DNA of 64,000 nucleotides from positions 1-64,000 of the forward strand of contig JAUCBJ010008331.1 in NCBI GenBank assembly GCA_032718475.1, written 5' to 3'. Shown piece after piece: positions 13,701 to 26,512 of the stretch; the first letter of the stretch is position 1; every line of letters begins with the position of its first letter. Position numbers and translations under genes: made by a program. The notes beneath the pieces were generated by a model. That model was given only the letters and a program-made list of their open reading frames with translations. It had not been told where the DNA came from and made no database searches. This stretch comes from Nemertoderma westbladi. Lineage: Eukaryota > Animalia > Xenacoelomorpha.

Positions 13701-14395
13701 AACATAAACTGGTTACTGTAACATAAACTGGTAACTGTAACGTAAACTGGTTACTGTAACATAAACTGGTAACTGTAACATAAACTGGTAACTGTAACAT
13801 AAACTGTTTACTGTAACATAAACTGTTAACTGTAACATAAACTGGTAACTGTGACATACTGGTTACTCTGTAACATAAAATGGTTACCATAACATAAACT
13901 TGTAACTGTAACATAAACTGTTTACTGTAACATAAACTGGTAACTGTAACATAAACTGGTAACTGTGAAATATACTGGTTACTGTAACATAAACTGGTTT
14001 CTGTAACATAAACTGGTAACTGTAACATAACAGGTTACTGTAACATAAACTGGTAACTGTGACATATACTGGTTACTGTAACATAAATTGGTTACTGTAA
14101 CATAAACTGGTAACTGTGAAATACTGGTTACTGTAACATAAACTGGTTACTGTAACATAAACTGGTAACTGTAACGTAAACTGGTTACTGTAACATAAAC
14201 TGGTAACTGTAACATAAACTGGTAACTGTAACATAAACTCGTAACTGTAACATAAACTGGTAATTGTAACATAAACTGCTTACTGTAACATAAACTGGTA
14301 ACTGTAACATAAACTGGATACTGTAATATAAACTGGTAACTGTAACATAAACTGGTTACAGTAACATAAACTGATTTCTGTAACATAAAATGTTA
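10733..14395. repeat. 19-bp satellite (ACATAAACTGGTAACTGTA)n, ~190 copies, with higher-order blocks
   Basis: Visible period of 19; translated ORFs repeat every 19 aa; variant blocks recur at an 821-bp offset (11998/12819, 12266/13087). Confidence 0.95.
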
Positions 14396-14902
14396 ACCAT
14401 CATATATTGTGCTTCATTATTGTTGTATTATTTGTGTATTATTTTGGCTCTTACAATCAATTTTGTTATAATATACAGTAGGTATTTCACTCACAGTTAA
14501 CGCAGTGTAATTTATTTCGTAACACATAAATATATAAAATAACAAGTAATTTTTTTTCGAATATCAATCATACGCTATGAACCTTTGTATGATGATAGTT
14601 CGACAACTTCTCTTACTGCTAGCCTGGTTGGATTTTTCAATTTCTGAGCTATTTCGATACAACAATTCGTTAAAAAACGCCTGTTTAGTAATATTTGACC
14701 ATCCCTATTGGCTAAATTTTTCGTCTTTTGAATATAATCTAGATATCATTACAACCGCCTTCATCTGCAGATTCCGAATCTGAAAACCGTTTTAAATTTC
14801 ACCAAATTTGCTAAAGATATTATCAAAATACCAAGGTGAAAATTTTGAGACGTGAATCTACGGAGCCCCTAAAGGGACATGAGAAAATGTTTTTTTTTTC
14901 GC

Positions 14903-15375
14903 TAACTCGTGCGAACGACTTAGTATGTCGTGCGAACGACATACTAAGTCGTGCGAACGACTTACTAAGTCGTGCGAACGACTTAACTAACTCGTGCGAA
15001 CGACATACTAACTCGTGCGAACGACTTACTAAGTCGTGCGAACGACATACTAACTCGTGCGAACGACTTACTAAGTCGTGCGAACGACTTAGCTAACTCG
15101 TGCGAACGACATAATAACTCGTGCAAACGACTTAACTAACTCGTGCGAACGACTTAGTAACTCGTGTGAACGACTTAGTATGTCGTGCGAACGACATACT
15201 AAGTCGTGCGAACGACTTACTAAGTCGTGCGAACGACATACTAAGTCGTGCAAACGACTTAACTAACTCGTGCGAACGACATACTAACTCGTGCAAACGA
15301 CTTAACTAACTCGTGCGAACGACTTAGTAACTCGTGCGAACGACTTAGTAACTCGTGCGAACGACTTACTAACTC
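14903..15375. repeat. 21-bp minisatellite with a palindromic core (AAGTCGTGCGAACGACTT), ~22 copies
   Basis: Period 21; GTCGT-GCGA-ACGAC dyad in many units; likely the internal array of a non-autonomous DNA element. Confidence 0.9.
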
Positions 15376-18300
15376 TACTTTGATTGGCTAAATAATACTG
15401 GTAATAAAAGTACAACCTTTTTAGCGGGATTTTCAATTCAATCTACAGCATTGTTGTTGATGGCATATTGGTTGAAAATATTATTATCAATGGCTGAACG
15501 CGCTCTGTTAATATCGACGTACTTTAAATTAGGCCTAAATTAATTAAATTAATTAAATTATTTTACTTTTTTTCCCGACGAAAATAGTAAAATAAAATGG
15601 TTCCACTGTGTTTTTGAAGCACGGATGTTCCTTCAGTCAGTTTAATACCAATGATCCATGTCAACCATTCTGTTGTTTCAATTTTTAACTGGTATGTGGT
15701 CTCTATGGTCTCGAGAGTTCTTGTCCGATCTGGATATGAAAATATGAAAATATTCCACACCTGGGATGGCAGAGACTTTGGACCTGGAGGTCGGAGGGGG
15801 GGGGGGGGGGGGGGGGGGCACTGTATCCCACTTTTCCACAAAATTTAGATATTGAAACACCTACTGTAAGGTGTTGCACAGCAGGTGTTACTGATATATT
15901 CATTGTATACATGTTCAATTACATTGCTATGAATTATGTTACATGTTGAGCCTAATCACCCGCAATTTGCAGCGTTAACAAACTACTACTACTATTATCG
16001 ACATGCGTTAACATTATTGTAATACAAATATTTAATAAAAAAATGTAATTGTATCAATAAATTTGTTTATAAAAACGCCCCCTCGGCTGCATTTATACAC
16101 GTTTGGTTTACCTTGCTGTGTCCTGTCCATCATTCAATGTTATCTACTATTTGTGACACGAACATTATTTTAACATTAATTTCCCCAAGTGTTTTCAGTG
16201 TTGCGAGTTCAAGTATAAAGGACATGGGTTGGACCATTCTACGCCATCTAACGGTATTGCCTGATCAGCTGACTTATGTATTGAGTTGGTCGCCCTAGAG
16301 ACCGAATTAGCCAAGTATAATTCAGGAGCCCATTCACTGTGATTGGTCTGCCTGTTATCATTCTGATAATACTGTACCGGTAATGACGTCTGTAGCAGAT
16401 AGTACTGTAGTAGGCCTACTCCATGTGCCATGCTGCCATGTACTCATCACTGCATCAGCTCGTACTCTACAGCTCTACACATCTTTAGCACCCGTCTGCC
16501 CTGCCCGTAGTACAGTAGTAGGCCTACTGTCAGCGTGTCAGACAGTTGCTGCTGTTCTCTGGTTCTCCAATTCTCTATTACTGTATTACTGTATTTGATT
16601 ACAGTATTACTGTATTATGTACACTGTAATTCAGTAATTGAATGCGGGAAGCGGGAATGTCGCTACTCGCTAGTCGGAGTCGCTATCCTGTCTACTACCT
16701 GACTACCGCCTAGCCTATAGGTCAGTAGGTAGCGTACCGGTAGCTGTCTGGCTGTCTAGTACCGTACTGCCAGACTGCAGACTGCCGTACAGTACAGTCT
16801 ACTGGTCTAACAGTAGTAGGCAGGTAGTCCTACACATACACACATTTCACACACTGACATACAGAGACATGTACACAAGATCTGAAGATAGGCCTACAGA
16901 CTGACAGAGATACAGAGATAGGCCTACAAAAACAAGACAAATACTGAAATACATTAGGCCCTAGCCCTAGCCTAGGCCCAGGTTGGAATTTATGTAGAGT
17001 TTGATCAACATGTGTGGCGCGCATTTAGCAGTTTAGGATCCTGGCGCGAAGGAACAGGGGCGTGTGGCGCGCATTGAGGATCCTGGCGCGGAAATGGATG
17101 TCATGTACAGTAGCAATATGCATTGGCATGGCAACATATCCAGCCACTCTACAGCTCTAGGCCTACTTGAAATTATATCGGTCTACCAGTAGAGTCCATT
17201 TTTAAAAAGAGTTAGGCCTAGGCCATAAAAATATTTTCGCTCATTTCGCTCGCGTAGGCCTATTGTATATTATGCCTGCCTACTGTACGCTCTACTCTTA
17301 TTCATCATTCTGTCATTCTAATAACTATAATATGGATATTTGATTAGTGATATTTTATTACAGTATTTGTTTATTAACCTATAGAAGTAGTTCCTTGCCT
17401 TGAACTGTTTTGCACTCCCACAGTACATGGACAAACTGACAGATTGAGCATTGACTGATTGAACTGTCAGACTGTTGAACTGTTGAAGGTACCGTATCCA
17501 TCCACGTTAATCATCATGGCCAATCAGGCCAAAGTTTTAATGTCTTTCAAAATATGAGTTGTTTGAAAGGTTTTTCAATTGTTCACACCAATATAGCCTA
17601 AAACCACGATTTAGGGATTCAGCAGATTTTCCGTGCTCGCTACACTCCGATGTTATTCATAATCACATCTGTAGGTAAAAAATAGTCGGTTGACCCAAAA
17701 ATGTTACAATTTTCTTGCTCGCTACGCCCGCAATTTAATCACATCTGTATTTAAAAACAGTCGGTTGACCTACTATCTGAATATTACAGTATTACTGTAC
17801 GCCTATTCATGTTTACATTTCTGCAAAAAATTTTGTTAACCGATCACAGTTCTTAATTACTTAATTACAAATGTAATGTTCTTAGTGGAATGATATTGAT
17901 ATACTTATATTTGTTGTCAGTGTTTTAATGTTCATAACGTCACACTTCAGCACTTAATCTAATACGTTACCGGTACTCAAATACTCTTGCTTGTACTGTA
18001 TCGTATCTATAATAATACAGCAGTACAGTACCGTAATTATAATAGAAAAACAAACCTTGCCGTATTATTCTATTTCTTCTTGTAATACCATAACTAGGCT
18101 TCCCTATAAATATAGAAATAAATGATTAATATGACTTGCAGCGTGGTGTCCGATAATTTGCGGCGAAATGGCATTCACAGTGAGACACCTCGCCGCAAAG
18201 ACACCTCGCAGCACATTATCTGCGGCGAGGTGACCTGCGGCGAAGTGGCAGTGCGGCGAGGTGACAAGCACCCGTTTTTGCAGGGTTTTTGGAAGGTTTT

Positions 18301-18733
18301 TGCAGGTTTTTGAATGTAATTGCTAGGTTTTTGTAGCATTTCTGTCAGGCTGTATTTGTGTATAGGCCCTATTGATTTATTAGATTGACCTGACTGCCTG
18401 ACTGCTTGATTGGCAGATTGCTGGATTAGTTCATCAGTACATTCAGTATGGTTACTGGGTTAGACTGTTAGATAAATTATACAGTTATATGGCAGTATGG
18501 GGCGGCATTTGTTAAATATTATATTTTATACAGCATTGGTAGATCAGTAGATATAGATTAGATACAGAGATACCGGTCTGCCGGTAAGCCTACAACAGTA
18601 CAAAAACAAGCAATTTGGCTCTTTTTTGTGATCAAAAACCTAAAAACCTAGTTTTAGGCTTTTTTCAAATTTTAGGTTTTTGACAAAAATCGACAAAAAC
18701 CTAGGTTTACAAAAACCTACTTTGCCAGCCCTG

Positions 18734-19081
18734 CTTCTAGTATTCCTACTGCATTGATATTATGCTCATTAGAACCGCAATGACTGAATGAACGATTTAG
18801 TTGGTGTTGGTGCAGACTGCAGACACCTTCAAAAGAAGCGTAGAGCGTACAGTGAATAGTTTTTGAGATTAGATTTAATTATGATATTAAATTATATGGA
18901 TGAGATTAGATAACGTCAGGTATTTGTCAATATCGCATCAAGACGCAAATGTTGAATTGCCAGACTTCACATTTTCTGCAATATCTCAAAAACTATTCAC
19001 TCTGTGTTTGTTTTGAAGGTGTCTACACCAACTAAATAGTCATTGAGCATAATATCAATGTAGTAGGAGGAATACTAGAAG
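18734..19081. mobile_element. Foldback/MITE with ~130-bp imperfect inverted arms
   Basis: CTTCTAGTATTCCT...TTGATATTATGCTCA...AGACACCTTCAAAA...AGTGAATAGTTTTTGAGAT is mirrored by ATCTCAAAAACTATTCACT...TTTTGAAGGTGTCT...TGAGCATAATATCAA...AGGAATACTAGAAG. Confidence 0.75.
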
Positions 19082-20018
19082 TTGATCATCACGAAAATGG
19101 GGAATATGACTCATTTGCGCCAAGGGCGGAAACTGGCCATGGGAATATTTCCTGTCATCCCCAAATCAAAATTTTGGTATCTATCAAAGTTTGGGCCCAT
19201 TTGATGATATCTGATGTGTGAACTGAGTTGAAATTCGACAAAAAGTTTTTTTAGACCACCCTAAACCACTCATATGCCTGAGGTCAAAATTGACCTCAAA
19301 GGAATCATATGTTTGAGAAACGAAGAGGTAAAGGTACACAAGGGCTATAAGGCACTCACTAGTCACTATTACTGTACTAGAACAGTAGAACATCAGAATA
19401 TATATCTTTCAGTCTTTAAATCTGTAAATTGTCTGATTGTCTCTAACTGTCTAAAACTGCATCTAAAAAACAATCATCAATAATAAGGCTTTACCAGTTT
19501 ATAATTCATAATTTTATGAGGCTTTATCCTGTTATCAGTAGGTAGGCCTATATATCATATATATTCCAATCCAATATATATTCCTCCACTATACAGCTAT
19601 ATACCTGACTACCGATAACATATACCATTTATACATACCGGAATTAGGCATTAATTATCACTAAAATGTATTTTTTTTATCACCAAAATGATGTATTGGT
19701 TAGACTTAGAATAATAACGTTCACTGTAGGCTAATGGTTACTTGTTTTGTTCCTTTCCCTTATTTAGTGCAGTAGTGATACCGGCCGGGAAGCCTAATTT
19801 ATATATTTGAATGGCAATTAATTTATTTTAGTAATGATTTATTTATATACCGGTAGGCCTATTAATTTAATTATTTGTTGAATTAGAACGATCATATCTT
19901 GTTGTTGTCGGACTCATCATATATATATAATTATTATATATGGATAAAATTTGGATGCTGTTGGATAATCAATGTTTTGCTATTATTGCTCACCATAGCG
20001 CTGTGCTGTGGTGCCGGT

Positions 20019-21194
20019 ATGATAACCGGCAATAGCGATAAGGATCGGAACGGCAGACATAATTCCTCCTTGTATCCATCTAGTAATTACTCCGCGTCAG
20101 AATATCAAACCAACCCATCGTACCAAAGTAAGCCATCGTACCAAACCAACCCATCGTACCAAATTAACCCTACGAACCAACATAATTTATCTTACCCACA
20201 TAATTTATCGTACGACACCACTCCACTACTCTCATCCGCCTCTGCGCCAATTGTATTCGAGCAGGCAGACGCTCGGGTCGGCTTTGGGCAGCGCCATCTA
20301 TCGGGCAATATGAGCAGCGTGCAGGTGGAACTGCCGCCTCTAAGTTCGGTAGCCAACGCCGCGTTACCCCCAGGGTTCGCTCCTTACAATAAGCAGCACA
20401 CAGTCCCGGTCTTCGGAGTGCAGGCACGCCCCTTGGCGACGATGCAGCAACACGGGGGGGACCACAGCTTCGCAGTTCAGCAACTATACCATCAAACCGA
20501 GGTCCACTCGAACGCTGCCAAAGAGAAAAGTGAGTTGTCTCTACTTCACAAGCGGCACTTCTCGCGAGAGAAAGATTCAACCCAATCAGAGACACAGGAT
20601 ACCTCCCATGGTGGTATGTCACATCAGCGCCGCTCCAGTAATGCCTCATCGATAGTCTCCAAGGCTAGCTCGACCACATCCAAACATAGAACTGGGTATC
20701 TGACCCCGGAACAAGCCATGAAGCAGTTCATGCATAAACTGAGTTCCTTCGAACACCATGAAGTCTTTAATTTCTCGCAGATTTATTTCGTGGGGCCGAA
20801 CGCTAAGAAGCGACAGGGAGTTGTTGGCGGCCCGAATAACTGCGGCTACGACGATGAGCAGGGTTCCTACTGCCACATCCCCCATGATCACGTATCTTAT
20901 CGCTATGAAGTCCTCAAAGTCATCGGTAAAGGGAGTTTCGGTCAGGTCGTTAAGGTTTACGACCACCGTAACAACGTCCACGTCGCCCTCAAGATGGTAC
21001 GGAATGAGAAGCGGTTCCATCGACAAGCGCAGGAAGAGATCCGCATCTTGGAGCACCTCCATAAGCAGGACAGGGATAACACCTTCAATATCGTGCATAT
21101 GTTCGACAGCTTCGAGTTTCGCAACCATATATGCATCACATTTGAATTGCTCAGTATGAATTTATACGAGTTAATAAAAAAGAACAAATTTCAG
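20019..21194 (+). CDS. DYRK2: DYRK2-like kinase, coding exon 1 (N-terminus, NAPA, DH box, kinase subdomains I-V)
   Basis: LTPEQAMKQ (NAPA), [12 protein letters not shown] (DH box), [29 protein letters not shown]; donor CAG|GTGAGT at 21195. The start is uncertain: an AG at 19997-19998 allows an upstream exon. Confidence 0.9.
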
Positions 21195-22679
21195 GTGAGT
21201 ATTAGAGTTTACGCACCGGGTGACTATTTAATTCTCAATTTATTTAATATATAACTGTATGTATCTGACGACAAGATTCACTAACGTGAATTAAAACACA
21301 TGTATTTTCCATTATCTTTCGGGTATTATAAGTTATAACGGTAAGGTATAGGCTAATTCGAAACAATCTTTGGGCTGTTATTTAGGCAAGGCGCTGTATA
21401 ATAATTACGATCCGGCACTTTTATTATTATTTTAAATGTTAAATTATAACAAAGTTAATTTATTGTATTCATTAACCTGATCTAATATAACTTATTTTCT
21501 GTATTTTTTTTTCATATTTCGCTTATGCTCTGGCTCGACCCCTTTTTAATTTTTTTTTATCGACGCTGCAAATAACATGTCCTACTCGTATAAACCAATT
21601 TTGCGGCATGTTATGTGAAACTTTGTGACAAGATACATTCCGGAAACACAATGCCAAGCCTACCGTTAACTACCACCAAGCCTAAAAGCCTACCAGTTAA
21701 GTATAATTACATTGTAGATATTCCAAGGTTAAATTGTATTTCAATCGTCCCAATTTGAATGCCTTGTGACTGCGGTTCCGGTTATTATAGCGCGGAATGT
21801 TAAGTCATTATTCTGATTTTTTTTTATTATATTGGGAGTTAGACGCCCTACACTTCACAGCAACGATATCCTTCATTTAGTGACAGAACAGAACACTGTA
21901 TCAACCCAAGGGGCTTATAACGCACCATGTTTTGTTTTATTTTTGAATGTATATAATAAAAAAAAAAAGACAACGGACCAATTTGGGCTGAAGATCACAT
22001 TTTTCACTTGCTGTCCTCTTGTGCGCCACTTTCTGTCTAAGAGACGCGTACATAGGTTGGGTAGGGTAGCCCCTACAAACTTTGTAATTTATCTATCTCT
22101 AAGTAGGCCTAATTAATTATAACTTTTGAAATTATACCTATGTTTTTTGTATCTAATAATACAATGTAATACTCGTGTAATTGTTTCCAGGCAGTGCCTC
22201 CTCTGTGTTTCCAGGTATCTAATGGTGCGAGTTTTGCCGAGTTACAAGCGAACCTCCCACCGTAGACAGCTAGACGCTAGTTCTTTATTATAGGTTGATC
22301 ATGACTCGTACCATGGGAGAATGTTTATGACAATGTTAACATATACGGTGAAAGTTGATTACGAACAAATATTAAAGTGTAATGCTATTGACTATATATA
22401 ACGTGCAACTGTAGCCTGCCCCTTTCCCTTATTAACATATTTCTGTCTACTGTCAATAAATGTCACACGAAAAATTGATGAAAATTTCACCAAAGTAAAT
22501 TATTAAACAAAACCAAAATAACAACCCAAATAAATAATTCGCCAACACAAAATGAAAAGTCTTACTAACTGTATCATCATACATTTTATTTAATTAATTG
22601 ACTTGTACTTATATGACAGACAGAATTCCATTTCTATTTTTAAGTTTTTAGTTTACATTTGTGTTAGTATTCACCGTAT

Positions 22680-23110
22680 AGGAGTCCATGCTGGGCTCTA
22701 ACTGCTGAGGACACCAAATCTCTGGATGGCACATTCACAAGAATGCTACGCCGGGTTCATTGTGTCAAGTACAATGCACAGATCTCCAACCAGACACTAT
22801 ATAACATTGGAGGTGTCTCATTGGTTCCCCCAAGCTTGACACTAGAACAAAATCGCCTCCGCTTTGCAGGACATTGCTTTCGCCGTGAGGACCAGCCAGT
22901 GTATAATCTTGTGCTTTGGCAGCCTCATGGAGGGAATAAGCATGGTGGACAGCCCATGACTTTCTTGAGATGCATCTTAAAGGACACTGGCCTTGAAGAT
23001 GCGGATGATCTAGCAAATGTCATGGGTGATTGATAGGAAGTTGTGGCGGCGCAGTTTTGTCGACAAGCCGGCACATCATTCCTAAAAATGCAGCTGCAAT
23101 GTAGCATGCC
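22680..23110 (+). mobile_element. RTE-clade LINE 3' fragment in DYRK2 intron
   Basis: LDGTFTRMLRRV...NRLRFAGHCFRREDQPVYNLVLWQP, typical of the RTE ORF C-terminus. Confidence 0.75.
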
Positions 23111-23429
23111 GATCCTAGTTGTAGAAGTAGTGTTTGTATTCAATATGACATCGATTGTAGGAGCCAGAGCAAAATATTATTTTGTCCAAGATTACCATAG
23201 TTGCTTTTGATTTTTTTTAATTGAGGGTGGCCTATTAAATACGGACAATTTAAAATATTAAAATAACATCGCGCTGTGAGTATGGCTGTTACTTTTCTGG
23301 GTACAGGTGTAGACATAATCAACCTCTTCCCGTTTTAATTTAATCTATCTTAATTGTTTTAAATGATATACCATTGTCTTGCGTCTTGGTGTGATAGTTT
23401 ATTGTAATTATGGTGTTTTCTACTTGCAG

Positions 23430-23557
23430 GGCTTTAGTTTACAGTTGGTTCGAAAGTTTGCCCATTCCTTATTGCAATGTCTCGACGCTCTTAATAAGAA
23501 CAAAATTATTCACTGCGATCTAAAGCCGGAAAATATTCTGTTGAAACAGCAAGGAAG
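23430..23557 (+). CDS. DYRK2: DYRK2-like exon 2
   Basis: TTGCAG|[18 protein letters not shown]...[18 protein letters not shown]|GT; phase 0 in, phase 2 out. Confidence 0.93.
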
Positions 23558-23809
23558 GTTAGCAGTTCTATTATTTTTTATTGAATATATTTTATTATCG
23601 AATTATCTTTTTGTTATTTGATTGTAATTTTCACTGCATTATTATGAATTATTTTAATGCTTCATTGAATTAGTTTTTGGATTAACCATTCCTTATAATA
23701 TAGCTGGAGTAACAGACATGGATAATTGGTTTGTAAAACCTAAGGAAGCTTTTAATCTACTGCCAAACGAAAGTGTTATAATCATAAATTCTAATTATGT
23801 TGCTTCTAG

Positions 23810-23979
23810 ATCTGGGATTAAGGTTATTGATTTTGGTTCATCGTGCTACGAACACCAACGGGTCTATACCTACATCCAATCGCGATTCTATCGGGCCCCC
23901 GAGGTTATTCTCGGTGGCCGCTATGGGATGCCCATCGATATGTGGAGTTTCGGTTGTATTCTCGCGGAATTACTTACAG
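23810..23979 (+). CDS. DYRK2: DYRK2-like exon 3 (activation loop)
   Basis: [32 protein letters not shown]...[16 protein letters not shown]; YxY motif; AG/GT boundaries with consistent phases. Confidence 0.95.
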
Positions 23980-25291
23980 GTATCAGTTCATTTAATTATT
24001 TTTAATCATCTAAAATGACACACAGTTAAAAGTAAAAAAAGGTTAAACAGGTACCTAACTAACCACCGAGAAGCAGAACCAGAAACTTGCGCCAATCAAC
24101 GTCGTTTCTGCTTGTTTATAACAGGTTAACGTGGTCGTATATAATACTACGTTACGTATTATCCAGAACCTGTCAACTGACTCCTATGACTCGTCAGCTC
24201 AGTCAGGCAACGTCCAAGTACTTAGTTACGTGCAGACCTACCCGCCACCCGTTAGGTTTTTTACTAAACATGCTTGGCAATAAATATATTATACTAAGGG
24301 TAACTCCGATATAATTACGAACATGTAGCTGTAGATAGTTTGCTCACTTATATGGTGTTGAATATTATTCGATTATGCCGGGAGTTGAGCGATGACGTAC
24401 TGTAAAAATATCAATGTAACATTTATTAATGAAGTCACACTGAATTGTCGCCTTCAGTCGACGCATGTGATCGATTCTCACTTTGCTGTATAATGTGAGC
24501 AAAGGGACTACACAGGGCATGGGTACAGGAAATGTTACCCGGCATTTATAATATGGTAAATAAATAACTACAACAAATACATTTTTAATATGCACCCACC
24601 CCCATGGGTACGATGCTTTCCTTACTTCACTTCCCATATATCACATGGTTCTGTGAGTGTAAATTGTAAGTACAAGAATCCCTTGTTATTAGTGGGCGAA
24701 ATATCATGGCAGATCACTATTTTAAATGTCAGTGTCTCGTAATCCAACTGGAAATTCTCCCTGAGAAATACTATTAATTCCTCCAATGTGCGTGAGTGAC
24801 TGCTTGGTCTCTCTGGCCGAGTAGCATAAACATTAAACAGCTTCGAGGAAACCACCCAGCCGTGTTTATGGTGCCTCATAAAATTACTGAATGAATGTTG
24901 AGCGTACGTGATGTGTGTGTGTGGTTAGCATGTTCAGTCTGGAGAATATGAACTCAATCCTAGTAACGGGGTTGATTGACCGGCTTAGTAATCCTGTCTG
25001 TTTGTGTATTTGCCCAATAATATGTGTAATTTACTTGTCTTTCTCCAGAGGACACTCATGTTGAATCACCCTGTATTTTCGTCTGACTTTCCCACTCTCA
25101 CCTACCACTACTCAACGAATCATATAATTTACTGATATGAGAATGGAAACTCTTTGAGTGCTGGGTTGCGAAATATATAAAAAATAATTGCGTGCTGAGA
25201 TTACTGGCGGGGCAAATAAGTTGCCTTGTATGCTGCCGAGAATGCATACAATTTATGAAACGAAACATTTGGTTGAGTGACAGCGACCTTG

Positions 25292-25354
25292 GCGGACCGG
25301 ACCGGACCGGACCGGACCGGACCGGACCGGACCGGACCGGACCGGACCGGACCA
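25292..25354. repeat. (GGACC)n pentanucleotide microsatellite
   Basis: About 12 perfect copies. Confidence 0.9.
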
Positions 25355-25698
25355 GCCTTTATGAACTTTATATTTCGCATTATATTTCGCTTTGTTATTT
25401 AGCTTAGCTTTTCAAAATAAATATAAAGTAAAATTAATAATTATTAAGTATGTTATGGTGAAAGTGAAACCATTAATTCACACAAATGGACTGGACACAA
25501 TACCAATCATACTTGTTGCTAAGCTCTGATCTGATAAATGTCATGGTTCGTTTTCGTAGCTCATCACACGATTGCGCTGAACCTGTAAGACAGAAATCAA
25601 CGGTTAGAGACCAATAATCGTGATGGATAGACGTGAAAACGTTCCTCCCTCCCCCATGTTCCGAGACACCCGATCTATGGATTTGGTTTATTTTATAG

Positions 25699-25816
25699 GT
25701 TATCCGTTACTCCCTGGGGAAGATGAAGGGGACCAGTTGGCTTGTATCATCGAGTTGCTAGGGATACCGAATCAGAGACTGTTGGAACAAAGTAAACGTG
25801 CTAAAAACTTTATCAG
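25699..25816 (+). CDS. DYRK2: DYRK2-like exon 4
   Basis: TTTTATAG|[40 protein letters not shown]|GT. Confidence 0.93.
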
Positions 25817-25894
25817 GTATTTTATGTCGTGAAAATATATTACAGCCCGTTGCTTATTATCTATATTTATTTAATATTTAAGTAATAATACTTT

Positions 25895-26000
25895 GGGGGG
25901 CGGGGGGGGGGGGGGGGGGGGGAACTTGACGCAAATTTAATCTCGACGAATTAATATCTCCTCCCAATAGGCAATTATTATAAATTTAGGGAAAGTAACG
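25895..26000. mobile_element. End fragment of the poly-G-tipped MITE family
   Basis: G-run then GGAACTTGACGCAAAT...GAATTAATATC, matching the reverse complement of 44850-44920. Confidence 0.5.
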
Positions 26001-26298
26001 AACGATGTAATGTACCGTTAACGGGACGGGACTATGCCATATTCGTTTGTTCCTTGTGTTAGGGTTAATTGGTCAGGCCCAAACCATATATAGATCTACT
26101 AATGGGATATTGTGGATTGCGCCTAAGGGTAAACGAATGGGAAGTTCTACCATATGCTAACTACCCACCTAACAACAGAGATAGAGCATTATGTACCAAC
26201 AAATAGGCCTACTTTGATTTCTATATGTGTTTTGAGTTGGGTTCTTGGGTTTACTATTTTGATTGGCTTTACTGGACTCTAAATGTTTCTCGTTTCAG

Positions 26299-26512
26299 CT
26301 CCAAGGGTTACCCTCGTTACTGCACGGTTACTACCCTCCCCGATGGTTCTGTTGTGCTGCAAGGGGGCCGTTCCCGACGGGGTAAGATGCGCGGACCCCC
26401 GGGCAGTAAGGATTGGGTCACCGCGCTAAAGGGATGCGACGACGCGTTATTCATCGACTTCCTACAGAAATGTTTGGAGTGGGATCCCGCAGAGCGATTC
26501 GCCCCCCATCAG
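26299..26512 (+). CDS. DYRK2: DYRK2-like exon 5
   Basis: TTTCAG|[37 protein letters not shown]...[21 protein letters not shown]|GTACGT. Confidence 0.93.

Noticed and set aside
10604-14386. Many MLQLPVYVTVTSLCYSYQF ORFs
   Set aside because: Translations of the 19-bp satellite
19899-20018. Hydrophobic N-terminal extension of the 451-aa ORF, and its tail after 21194
   Set aside because: TTG start and AT-rich intron-like sequence outside the AG (19998) and GT (21195) splice sites
24622-24879. ORF with LFNVYA resembling a LINE endonuclease
   Set aside because: Only one short motif and no GDFN; too weak to call
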